Shown: positions 7,916 through 16,820, numbered from the stretch's first letter. The stretch: DNA of 64,000 nt from Candidatus Falkowbacteria bacterium (GCA_037137655.1 JBAXJX010000001.1:353188-417187); one strand, 5' to 3'. Notes: a model not told the origin generated them from the letters alone. Made by a program: numbers and translations.

Positions 7916-9604
7916 ATGCTCAAATACTTAAAACGACGACACGAAAAACATTATAAAGGTAAACCATTCCATTTGTTTGCGGATATCTTTTTTGTCTTAA
8001 CCATAATTACATTGTTAATCACTTTTTTTGTCATTAAAAATTGGCAACCAAAAGCAACGGTCAGCGTTAGTATTAGTGGCCCAAGTAAAATAAGTAGTGG
8101 CACAACCAACGACTTTACTTTTAAATATCAAGCCAATCAAGATACAAAAAATAATGTTTTAAATTTAAATTTACCAAACAATTTCACTATTACTGGAGTT
8201 GAGCCAACCAGCACTTATGACATTAAAACTAATTCCTTAACTATTGGAGATTTAAAACAAGGACAATCGGGTGAATTTAAAATTCATAGTATAATTTCTG
8301 GCGCCATAAATCATGATGCCCAGCTTTTTTCCAGCCTTACTTGTGATCAATGTGGCACAGGAATCTTGAGTTACTTTGATTATAATATCAACGATTCTGC
8401 TTTAAGTATCGAGACAGAACTACCGGATAAAATCTATAACAATATTGAATTTAGCGGTAAGTTAAAAGTTAAAAACAATGGCGCTACCACGACTGATGAG
8501 ATAAAATTAGTCATTGATAAACAATTACAATTCAGAGGTCTTGAATCTGGTGTAAATGACAATACTTTAATTATTAAAAATCTTGCTCCCGGACAAACCA
8601 AAGATATTAATTTCACGGCTATTAGCAGTTCCGGTGTTGGTCTTAAAAATATTACCATTAGTACCTATCTAATAATCGACGGAGAAGAATTAAAGCAACT
8701 TGATAAGCTTGTCGCGCTTAATGTGGGCGAATCAAATTTTAAACTATCAATTACACCTGATAAAAATACTGCTCGAGGCGGGGAAAGCATAAACTACTTA
8801 ATAAACTTTCAAAACAAGGAGGCTAGTCAATTATCCAATATTAAATTTAGCCTTTTTTCTGGCCACAATGATTTTGAGATAAGCTCTATTAAACTACTTG
8901 ATTTTGATAAAAAAACGACACTTAGCGATAAAATCATCAACATCACAGATTCATTAAATCCAGGTGAATCAGGTAAAATCAATATTACAGTTAACTACAA
9001 GAGATTAAAAACTGACTCTGAGGTAGAGTTACCGCTCGATGTTCTTGTGCAGTATAAAATTAGTGAACAAACTTTAAAATACCACCTAATTTCTGATAAG
9101 ACAAAAATTTTATCGAGTCTAAAAGCTTCAGCCATGGTTCGTTATTACAGCCAACAAGGTGATCAACTTGGTGTTGGACCAGTACCACCAATGGTTGATA
9201 TGGCCACAAAATATTGGGTATTTTTAGAAATAAACAACAAGGGAAATGACCTTGATAATATAACTGTTAGTGCTGACGTGCCAAGTGCTGCTATCTGGAC
9301 TGATAATAAAAGTTTGCTGTCCGGTGGTTTAAATTATAACAGCAACACTGGTCATGCCCTATGGCAAATGGATGAAATTTCTAAAGATGGTAACGGTGTT
9401 TATCGTGTTGCTTTTGAACTTGGTGTTATCCCGGAAATCAGTGATATCGGAAAAACTATTTCTCTGCTAAATAATATTCGCTATACCGCTCATGATAAAT
9501 TTTGCGATCAAACTATTTCTGGAAATTTAAATGATCTTGATACTAAAATTACCGACTCTCACTTTGGCGCTAATAACGGACTAGTGGTAGCGAACGAACA
9601 ATAA
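7916..9604 (+). CDS. Membrane-anchored surface protein with repeated beta-sandwich-like modules
   Basis: N-terminal TM anchor. Repeated segments of the type LNLPNNFTITG..GDLKQGQSGEFKI and IKNLAPGQTKDINFT, reminiscent of DUF11/CARDB repeats. Confidence 0.45.
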   Translation: MLKYLKRRHEKHYKGKPFHLFADIFFVLTIITLLITFFVIKNWQPKATVSVSISGPSKISSGTTNDFTFKYQANQDTKNNVLNLNLPNNFTITGVEPTSTYDIKTNSLTIGDLKQGQSGEFKIHSIISGAINHDAQLFSSLTCDQCGTGILSYFDYNINDSALSIETELPDKIYNNIEFSGKLKVKNNGATTTDEIKLVIDKQLQFRGLESGVNDNTLIIKNLAPGQTKDINFTAISSSGVGLKNITISTYLIIDGEELKQLDKLVALNVGESNFKLSITPDKNTARGGESINYLINFQNKEASQLSNIKFSLFSGHNDFEISSIKLLDFDKKTTLSDKIINITDSLNPGESGKINITVNYKRLKTDSEVELPLDVLVQYKISEQTLKYHLISDKTKILSSLKASAMVRYYSQQGDQLGVGPVPPMVDMATKYWVFLEINNKGNDLDNITVSADVPSAAIWTDNKSLLSGGLNYNSNTGHALWQMDEISKDGNGVYRVAFELGVIPEISDIGKTISLLNNIRYTAHDKFCDQTISGNLNDLDTKITDSHFGANNGLVVANEQ

Positions 9605-9625
9605 TCTATAATCAACTTTCAACTA

Positions 9626-9657
9626 CAAAAAACGTCTCATTTCTGGGGCGTTTTTTA
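9626..9657 (+). terminator. Rho-independent terminator
   Basis: aacgtctc-atttct-ggggcgtt hairpin (with G-U pairs), followed by tttttt. Confidence 0.6.
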
Positions 9658-9724
9658 TAATTGAAAATCTTGTTTATATTTAGATAAAATGCTAAGATTA
9701 TAATAATTAAAATTGTTTTAAGCT

Positions 9725-10867
9725 ATGATTGATTTTTTCCGAAAGCTAATTAAGCCTAAATATTGGCCTCTAAACGAAATCCAAATAATTAAACGCAATA
9801 TTTTAGAAAATTTTGCTTATTTACAGTCCATCCAAAAAGATGCGACTATTTTTCCGGTTTTAAAATCCAATGCTTATGGCCACGGCCTAAAAGAGCTTTG
9901 CCAAATACTAAATGAGTCATCAGCCAAGGCCGTTATTGTTGACTCTTTTCCAGAAGCTCAAATTGCTTATAAAAATTTCCGAAAAAAAGTTATCATCTTA
10001 AATGAAATGCCACTTCAAGCTTACGGTTATTGTCGGCTCGATCGCAGCGAGTTTTGCGTTTACAATTTAGCCACCATTAAACACTTAGCTGACAAATATC
10101 CAGGTGCTTTTATTCATCTGTTTGTTAACACTGGCATGAACCGAGAGGGAATTGGCAACTTTAAAGAGTTTATGGGACAGGCTAAAAAACATTTAAACAA
10201 ACTTAATGTTGTTGGTTTATGTTCTCACCTAGCCTCAGCGGAAATAAGTTCTGATTTAAACGACAAACAATTGAATAACTTTTTAAACTATTTAGAAATT
10301 TTAAATAATTCTGGATTTCATCCTAAAATTGTTCACCTAGGAAATTCAGCTGGTATCTTCACTATAAATAACCCCAAAATAAACGCTTACCGCGCCGGGA
10401 TTGCGCTTTACGGCTACAACATGTTTTCACCTGAACACCCAGCCTACAAGGCTGCCAGTGGCCTAAAACCAGCCCTCAGACTACTATCAACCGTTTCCGC
10501 TACCCAAGATTTAAAACCAGGAGATTCCGCCTCTTATAATGAAAGTTATATTGCTACCAAAGCCACCAAAATTGCCACTATTCCATTCGGTTACTATGAA
10601 GGACTTGATCGAAGGCTGTCGAGTCTAGGCGAATTTAAAATCATGAACAACAAACCATTCTTTGCTAAAATTGCCGGACGGGTTTGTATGAATTTAACTT
10701 GTCTTGATTGCCAAGATAACGACGTGGCGATAGGGGATAGAGTAGAGCTAATATCGCTTGATAATAGCGCACCAAACTCCGTTAACAATCTAGCTAAACT
10801 TGAGAACACTATATCTTATGAAATATTAACCGATCTACAATCTAACATTCATCGGGAAATAATATAA
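9725..10867 (+). CDS. alr: Alanine racemase
   Basis: PLP-lysine motif PVLKSNAYGHGL. Length 380 aa. C-terminal GYYEGLDRRLS..GRVCMN motifs. Confidence 0.9.
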   Translation: MIDFFRKLIKPKYWPLNEIQIIKRNILENFAYLQSIQKDATIFPVLKSNAYGHGLKELCQILNESSAKAVIVDSFPEAQIAYKNFRKKVIILNEMPLQAYGYCRLDRSEFCVYNLATIKHLADKYPGAFIHLFVNTGMNREGIGNFKEFMGQAKKHLNKLNVVGLCSHLASAEISSDLNDKQLNNFLNYLEILNNSGFHPKIVHLGNSAGIFTINNPKINAYRAGIALYGYNMFSPEHPAYKAASGLKPALRLLSTVSATQDLKPGDSASYNESYIATKATKIATIPFGYYEGLDRRLSSLGEFKIMNNKPFFAKIAGRVCMNLTCLDCQDNDVAIGDRVELISLDNSAPNSVNNLAKLENTISYEILTDLQSNIHREII

Positions 10868-10877
10868 AAATCAAAAT

Positions 10878-11876
10878 ATGTCAAGCATGGAAATAAGAAG
10901 TTATTACGAAAACAAAGGGAATATCAAACAAGACTACAGTCGAAAAAGTCTGCAAAATCCGTTTTACGGTAAACGGGGAAATTCCAACAAAAATATCTTC
11001 GGCAATTTTAAAATTATTTTAATTGCTGCGGTTTTTTTTATTATTTTATTATTTTGGTTTTTTTTATTTTCACCAGTGTTTAATATTAGATCTGTAAAAA
11101 TTGATGGATTAATTCGAACCAACGAATCAGATGTTTCCAGTATTATTCAAAATCAAATAGCGAGTCAAAGGGCTTTAATATTTTCGCAAAAAAATATCAT
11201 TATTTTTAACAAGGGAAAAGCTATTAATGATCTTTTAGATAAATTTGGCTTTCTCGATGTTTCTATTAAAAAAAGCATAACTGGCAACTTAAATATTTCT
11301 GTCCACGAACGAGAATATGCCTTTATTTGGGGTGAGAATGGTGATTACTATTATATTGATAAAGATGGTCATGTTATCAATAAAATTCCAAGTAATTTTA
11401 CCCCGATTGCCAATTTAAATATTATACCGAGTGTAAGCACTAGCACCGATTTAAATGCTAGCAGCACTGATATTGCCAGCGCTCCAGTGCCAGATGTTTT
11501 AAGTATCCAAAAGGAAGCCTTAATTGAAGTTAAAAAAAATAATAAAGATAATTATTCAATTATAGACAATCTATATAATCCTTTAATAAAAAATGATATA
11601 ATTACTATTGATCCGATCTATCTGGACTTTGTTAATAAAATTAGCAAAATTATGGATGCTGAGGCCGATCATAGTTTATGGGTTAGTCGTTTTATCATAG
11701 ACTCAGATATTGACACTATAAAAGCCCAGTTAAATTCCGGCCTAACCATCTACTTTAGTGTCAAACAAGTGCCAGAAGACCAAATAAAGAGCTTAACAGC
11801 ACTTAAAGATAAATTAAATAAAACAATTAAGAAAAAAGTGGATCTGCGGTATGGTGATCGCATCTACTATGAATAA
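10878..11876 (+). CDS. FtsQ/DivIB-like cell division protein (POTRA domain)
   Basis: Single TM helix, then FNIRSVKIDGLIRTNESDV....NLNISVHEREYAFIW, a typical POTRA pattern. Confidence 0.55.
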   Translation: MSSMEIRSYYENKGNIKQDYSRKSLQNPFYGKRGNSNKNIFGNFKIILIAAVFFIILLFWFFLFSPVFNIRSVKIDGLIRTNESDVSSIIQNQIASQRALIFSQKNIIIFNKGKAINDLLDKFGFLDVSIKKSITGNLNISVHEREYAFIWGENGDYYYIDKDGHVINKIPSNFTPIANLNIIPSVSTSTDLNASSTDIASAPVPDVLSIQKEALIEVKKNNKDNYSIIDNLYNPLIKNDIITIDPIYLDFVNKISKIMDAEADHSLWVSRFIIDSDIDTIKAQLNSGLTIYFSVKQVPEDQIKSLTALKDKLNKTIKKKVDLRYGDRIYYE

Positions 11877-11882
11877 AAATAT

Positions 11883-12038
11883 ATGAACATGAATAGTGAA
11901 AAACTTTTTAAATTTGTGTTTGGTAGTGCGATTTTTGTTTTTTGTTTAGTAACTATCGGACTATTTTTAATAATCCTAAAAATTGCTTTAATCTTTACAC
12001 CAAGCATTAATTTAATGGGGTTAGTGATTAGTTATTAG
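11883..12038 (+). CDS. Possible 51-aa hydrophobic micro-protein
   Basis: ATG..TAG ORF read by hand (MNMNSEKLFKFVFGSAIFVFCLVTIGLFLIILKIALIFTPSINLMGLVISY). One or two TM helices. Too short to appear in the ORF track. Confidence 0.3.
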   Translation: MNMNSEKLFKFVFGSAIFVFCLVTIGLFLIILKIALIFTPSINLMGLVISY

Positions 12039-12104
12039 TTATTAGTACTTTAAGTATTATATATCAAATAAACGGCTGTAAAGCCTAAAAAGATATATAA
12101 CAAT

Positions 12105-12143
12105 AGGTGGATTAATATACATTATGCGAAGTATTGTATATCA
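12105..12143. other. dif-like Xer recombination site
   Basis: 12105-12132 reads AGGTGGATTAA-TATACA-TTATGCGAAGT. Its reverse complement shares 16 contiguous nt (CGCATAATGTATATTA) with E. coli dif GGTGCGCATAATGTATATTATGTTAAAT. It overlaps an imperfect inverted repeat, TAATATACATTA (12113-12124) and TATTGTATATCA (12132-12143). Confidence 0.55.
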
Positions 12144-12181
12144 CCGAATTTAAGCATTTAAAACATTTAAGGTATTTCCCT

Positions 12182-13132
12182 ATGGCTAAAGCGATAATAA
12201 AATATCTTGGCGACTTTATTGACTACTGTGAAATTGAAAAAGGTTTATCAGTTAAGACTCAAGAAAATTATTCACGATTTTTAAACAAATTTTTTAAATG
12301 GCTAAAAAGTAGCGACTTAGCCGAATTAACTCCAGATCAATTAAGTGATGATCATATTTGGCGCTACCGTTTATTTTTGTCTCGCTTCGTTGACCCTGTC
12401 AATAAAAAATTATTAAAAAAGAGCACTCAGAACTACTACTTGATTTCCCTGCGCAGTTTATTAGAATTTTTTGTCGAAAAAAATATTACTTCTCTACCGC
12501 CGTCAAAAGTAAAATTAGCTAAGGATCGGGCCGAGCGCGAAATAAAATTTTTAAAAATTGATCAACTAAAAAAATTATTAGAAGCCCCAAGTATTTTGGA
12601 TGTGCGCGGACTTCGTGATCGCTCAATTTTAGAGACCCTCTTCTCTACCGGACTTCGTGTTTCTGAGCTAACCAAAATTAATCGTGATGACCTGCGTTTA
12701 CGCGCCGCTTCAACCGATTTAGAAATGACTATAGTTGGAAAAGGTTCTAAGGTTAGAACAGTTTATTTTTCCGAAAGAGCGGTTAATATCATTAAAAAAT
12801 ACCTCGAGAAACGAACCGACATGGACCCTGCCCTGTTTATAAATTTTAAACCTGGTATCGCTAAAACCGACAAAGATCGCCGCCTATCCGTTAAAAGTGT
12901 CGAGGAATTAGTTAAAAAATATGTCCGCGTTTCCGGTCTACCGGTTAATGCGACGCCACATACTTTAAGACACTCATTTGCCACTGACTTACTAGCACAA
13001 GGAGTTGATTTGCGCCTTGTACAAGAGTTTCTGGGCCATAAAAATATCTCCACCACTCAAATCTATACTCACGTTACCAATAAACAATTACGCGATATTC
13101 ATAAAAAGGTTCACAATCAAAGCCAGTTTTAA
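12182..13132 (+). CDS. Tyrosine recombinase, Xer family
   Basis: SAM-like N-domain. Catalytic motifs GLRVSEL, HTLRHSFATDLL, LGHKNISTTQIYTHV. I prefer the ATG at 12182 over the TTG at 12134, which would overlap the dif-like site. Confidence 0.85.
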   Translation: MAKAIIKYLGDFIDYCEIEKGLSVKTQENYSRFLNKFFKWLKSSDLAELTPDQLSDDHIWRYRLFLSRFVDPVNKKLLKKSTQNYYLISLRSLLEFFVEKNITSLPPSKVKLAKDRAEREIKFLKIDQLKKLLEAPSILDVRGLRDRSILETLFSTGLRVSELTKINRDDLRLRAASTDLEMTIVGKGSKVRTVYFSERAVNIIKKYLEKRTDMDPALFINFKPGIAKTDKDRRLSVKSVEELVKKYVRVSGLPVNATPHTLRHSFATDLLAQGVDLRLVQEFLGHKNISTTQIYTHVTNKQLRDIHKKVHNQSQF

Positions 13133-13146
13133 TAGTAATATCTCAA

Positions 13147-13178
13147 CAAAAAAAACTCCAATGCGGAGTTCTTTTTTA
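13147..13178. terminator. Bidirectional terminator
   Basis: aaaaaaaactcc-aatgc-ggagttctttttt, between convergent genes. Confidence 0.65.
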
Positions 13179-13187
13179 ATTTTATTT

Positions 13188-14414
13188 TTATTGTAAGTAT
13201 CCGGCTGGATCAACTGGAATACCGTCTTTTCTGATTTCAAAATGTAAATGAGGTCCAGTGGTAAATGGTCCAGCTCCAATTGAGCCTGGCATACCGCCAC
13301 TGTGACCAATAACTTGTCCTTGTGTCACATATTGATCAGCTTTCACGTTAACTGCGGACACGTGGCCATAAACACTAGAAAGACCGTCACCGTAAATAAT
13401 CATAATGTAAGCGTAGTTTTTAGAGCCATCAAATTTAACGCGGGCCACATAACCATCAGACACCGCATACAAATTAGAACCTTGACCAGCTTTAATATCC
13501 CAACCAGGATGTTCACCTAAAGTCTTTCTAAAAGGATAATCTGGATCATGAAATCTTGTAGTTATGTAATTTTTCGCTACCGGCCAAATAAAGCCACTGT
13601 AATTTAAGGCTGGTTTATTTTTTAAAGAATTAAGTTTATCTCGAACCTGTTTCTCAGTCTTAGAAATATCGGCTGACGCCTGGGCGTTTTCTTGTCTGGC
13701 AGCTGCCAATAAACTTTGGTATTGGCGCTCAGATTTATTGGTATTATCTAAGACGTAATTTTTATCACTTAACTCTGAATCTAAAATTGCTTTTTTCTCA
13801 TCCATCACTTTTTTTAGATCAGCGAGTTGTGCTTGTTTGTCGACAAGTAATTTTTCATTTTGTTCTAATTTATCCTTGTCAGTTTTTAAACCATCAACAC
13901 TTTTAATTATTTCCTCGTTAGTATTATCAAGATACTGCACCTGATTTATAAAATCAGCCAAGGAATTATTTAACAATAAAATTTCTAAAGTGGAAACTTT
14001 ATCATTCTTATACATAATCTTTAAAAGATTGGCGATATGATTTTTTTCTTGCTCAATTTGGTCGTTAGTATTTTGGATATCAATCGTCGTCCGCTTCATT
14101 TCTAAATTAGTTTCATCAATTTGCAAAGCAACAGTATCAATTTCGGATTGGGATTGAGCGATCTGCGCACTAAGGGTATCGATTTGATTACTTAAATCAC
14201 TTTTCTCTGACTCCTTTTGTAAAATTAAATCACTATACTGTTTTTGTCGGGCTTGAGCATCAACGATTCTTTGTTTGCTCGCGTTTATTTGATCGTTTAA
14301 TTTTTTAATTTCTTGATTCACTTCATCTTCTTGGCTACCCCAAGCAAAACTGGCTCCACGAAAGAGAGTAAAAATTAATAAGAGTAAAATTGAGATTTTA
14401 AATATTTTTTTCAT
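13188..14414 (-). CDS. M23 peptidoglycan metalloendopeptidase with long coiled-coil N-domain (EnvC-like architecture)
   Basis: Signal peptide, about 250 aa of Q/E/K-rich coiled coil, then the M23 motifs HPGWDI and GPHLHFEIR. Confidence 0.85.
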   Translation of the reverse strand: MKKIFKISILLLLIFTLFRGASFAWGSQEDEVNQEIKKLNDQINASKQRIVDAQARQKQYSDLILQKESEKSDLSNQIDTLSAQIAQSQSEIDTVALQIDETNLEMKRTTIDIQNTNDQIEQEKNHIANLLKIMYKNDKVSTLEILLLNNSLADFINQVQYLDNTNEEIIKSVDGLKTDKDKLEQNEKLLVDKQAQLADLKKVMDEKKAILDSELSDKNYVLDNTNKSERQYQSLLAAARQENAQASADISKTEKQVRDKLNSLKNKPALNYSGFIWPVAKNYITTRFHDPDYPFRKTLGEHPGWDIKAGQGSNLYAVSDGYVARVKFDGSKNYAYIMIIYGDGLSSVYGHVSAVNVKADQYVTQGQVIGHSGGMPGSIGAGPFTTGPHLHFEIRKDGIPVDPAGYLQ

Positions 14415-14454
14415 GACACTATATTAACACGTTTTTTAATTTTTGTAAATACTA

Positions 14455-15639
14455 CTATTTAATTTTGTGTTTAGAAATATACTCATTAAACTTTTCTAAG
14501 AATATTTTAGTCGAGGCTCGGCGCAATGGATGAACTGAATTTAAAAGTTTATCACTACGCACCCATTGCCAGTCACAATGATCCCAATAATTTAATTTTA
14601 TATCTTTATCTTTCCCGACAAACTCTGCCAAAGCTAAACCTTGGCGTTGTCCTTTATAAGAAACATGCTTTTTATTTTTCTTACCAAACTTATATTTATA
14701 TAAATTGGGAAAGGTGGCCGAGATTTTATAATTAGAATTTCCTGTTTCCTCGCTCAACTCTCTAAAAGCGGCCACAGCTAAATTTTCATCATCGGTTCCG
14801 CCTTGAGGTAATTGCCAATGATCATTATCATCTTCCCTTTCAACTATTAAAACATAATAATCATCAGCTTCTTTTTTGTAAGCCAAGCAGGCAATATTAT
14901 CGCGATAAAACCAAGGATTAACTAAACGTGACTTTAAAAAAGCCAAAGAAAATTTTACAACCGCATTATAAATACGACCAGCTCGTTTTTTTGGATATTT
15001 AACTAGACGCCACAACCACTCCATGCCAAGTTGGCGCATTATTTTTGGAGCTCGAGTGGCCTTACCACTAACAAAATCAAAAGAACCACCAACACCAATA
15101 GCTAAACGTAAACCAAGAACATTGTGTAAATTATGATAAATAAATTTTTCCTGATGCGGTGCGCCAGTAGCAACAAACATAATATCAAATTCTTTCTCTT
15201 CTTTGCCCAGATTTGGCATCCTCATGGAATCAAGTTGAACACTTTTAACACAGAGTTTTAAATTGGGATATTTATCTTTAAGCGCCACTTGAATTTCGCG
15301 GTCGCAAGACAATCCATTGCAATGGTTAATTATTAAAACCCGTAAACCGCGCTCACTGGCCGTTTGTAATATTTCCAAACTTAAATCAGCACCAGTTAGT
15401 CGTGGAATTCTTTTCCCCAAAAGTCGCGCCACGAATTTCAAACCAACACCATCAATAAGTGATAAGTCGGTTTGATTTAATATGTAAAAATATTCCTCAT
15501 CTTTTTGAGCGGCCAATACTATTTCTGGATTTAATGTCGCCACAAAACGCGGTCGATTAGAGCGCAAAAAAATATCAATTCGTTCCCGAACTTCTTGTGC
15601 GCTAAATTCATTAACCTTAACACCTAAGATTTTTATCAT
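14455..15639 (-). CDS. Fusion: WecB/TagA/CpsF (GT26) glycosyltransferase + Nudix hydrolase
   Basis: N-terminal half: ILGVKVN..VATLNPEIVLAAQKD..IDGVGL..APHQEKF..VGGSFDF..RAPKIMRQLGMEWLWRL (GT26). C-terminal half: WQLPQGGTDDENLAVAAFRELSEETG (Nudix box, RppH-like WQxPQGG). ATG at 15637-15639 chosen. Confidence 0.75.
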   Translation of the reverse strand: MIKILGVKVNEFSAQEVRERIDIFLRSNRPRFVATLNPEIVLAAQKDEEYFYILNQTDLSLIDGVGLKFVARLLGKRIPRLTGADLSLEILQTASERGLRVLIINHCNGLSCDREIQVALKDKYPNLKLCVKSVQLDSMRMPNLGKEEKEFDIMFVATGAPHQEKFIYHNLHNVLGLRLAIGVGGSFDFVSGKATRAPKIMRQLGMEWLWRLVKYPKKRAGRIYNAVVKFSLAFLKSRLVNPWFYRDNIACLAYKKEADDYYVLIVEREDDNDHWQLPQGGTDDENLAVAAFRELSEETGNSNYKISATFPNLYKYKFGKKNKKHVSYKGQRQGLALAEFVGKDKDIKLNYWDHCDWQWVRSDKLLNSVHPLRRASTKIFLEKFNEYISKHKIK

Positions 15640-15739
15640 ATTCTCTATTATATGATTTTTTGCATAATTTAGCAAATTTTTTATTTGTCGGATTTTATTA
15701 AATATGTTAAAATTAAATTAATAATTATTATAAAAAAAT

Positions 15740-16702
15740 ATGAACGATTTCAAAAAGATTAGTAATAAAATATCGCAAATAACATTGGGCGGGTTAAAGG
15801 AAAAAGACAATATTGTTTGGACTAACATTATTGACGCCGGTGATGATGAAATCAACTTCTTACAAAGCAACTACGACTTTAACCTAAGTCATCTAGAAGC
15901 TTCTGCGGCCACTGTCTTTTCCCAAAGACCAATGATTGCTAGAGAAAAAAAATATTTTTTTATAATTTTACATTTCCCTGTTTTAATTAACGGAAAAATA
16001 ATTGCCGGCGAAATAGAATTTTTTATTAGCCACGGCTATTTAATAACCGTTCACAATAATAATGTTCCAGCATTAATTGATTTTTTTTCTAACTGCAGCA
16101 ATGACAAAGAATATTTAAATAATTATAACATCAAGTCATCAATCATCTTATTGTATGACTTACTTAATTGCCTGATAAACGATTGCTACAAATTAATTGA
16201 TAACACCAGCTTAGACATTAATCGAGTGGAAGACTTAATCTTTTCCAAAAAATCTAATGCTGCTACAAATTTAATTTTGAATTTACGTCGCAATATAATC
16301 AACTTGCGTAAAATATTACAAAACCACAAACATATTCTCGGCGAATTAACCGAAGTTAAAAGTGGTCTAATTAGTCAAAGTGAAATTAAAACCCATTACA
16401 ACAATTTAGTTGACCACTCTGATCGAATTTGGACAATGCTTGATAACCAAAAAGAAATGATTGAAGCTCTAAATAATACCAATCAATCATTACTCGACAA
16501 TGAGATGAGCAAAGTTATGAAAACCTTAACCATCTTTTCGGTTATCGTTTTCCCTTTAACTTTACTAGCAACAATGTTCAGCATGAGCGTTCCTGGAATT
16601 CCCTTTGCTAATAATCCCCACGCCTTCTGGATAGTTTCCTTGATTATTGGAGGCCTAGGCGTAATTATGCTTTTATTTTTTGTCCGCAAAAGATGGTTGT
16701 AG
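15740..16702 (+). CDS. CorA-family divalent cation transporter homologue with non-canonical pore motif
   Basis: Length, two C-terminal TM helices and MKTLTIFSVIVFPLTLLATMFSMSVPG..RKRWL align with CorA. SMS occupies the GMN position. Confidence 0.75.
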   Translation: MNDFKKISNKISQITLGGLKEKDNIVWTNIIDAGDDEINFLQSNYDFNLSHLEASAATVFSQRPMIAREKKYFFIILHFPVLINGKIIAGEIEFFISHGYLITVHNNNVPALIDFFSNCSNDKEYLNNYNIKSSIILLYDLLNCLINDCYKLIDNTSLDINRVEDLIFSKKSNAATNLILNLRRNIINLRKILQNHKHILGELTEVKSGLISQSEIKTHYNNLVDHSDRIWTMLDNQKEMIEALNNTNQSLLDNEMSKVMKTLTIFSVIVFPLTLLATMFSMSVPGIPFANNPHAFWIVSLIIGGLGVIMLLFFVRKRWL

Positions 16703-16771
16703 CTCTTGTTTAAAATTTATTATCTAAAAATAGCCAAAATTACTTGGCTATTTTTTTATTAGCTCTTCTTA

Positions 16772-16800
16772 TTGACAAATATATAAAAATCTGCTATAAT
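16772..16800 (+). promoter_or_regulatory. Consensus sigma70 promoter
   Basis: TTGACA, 17-nt spacer (with TGc), TATAAT. It sits 20 nt upstream of the ATG at 16821. Confidence 0.7.
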
Positions 16801-16820
16801 CTTAAATCACTAATAAATAT

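Noticed and set aside
12182-13132. Tyrosine recombinase considered as the integrase of a mobile element or prophage.
   Set aside because: No flanking direct repeats, phage or transposon genes, or adjacent tRNA. The neighbouring dif-like core and the gene-orientation switch fit a chromosomal Xer better. An integrative element is not fully excluded.
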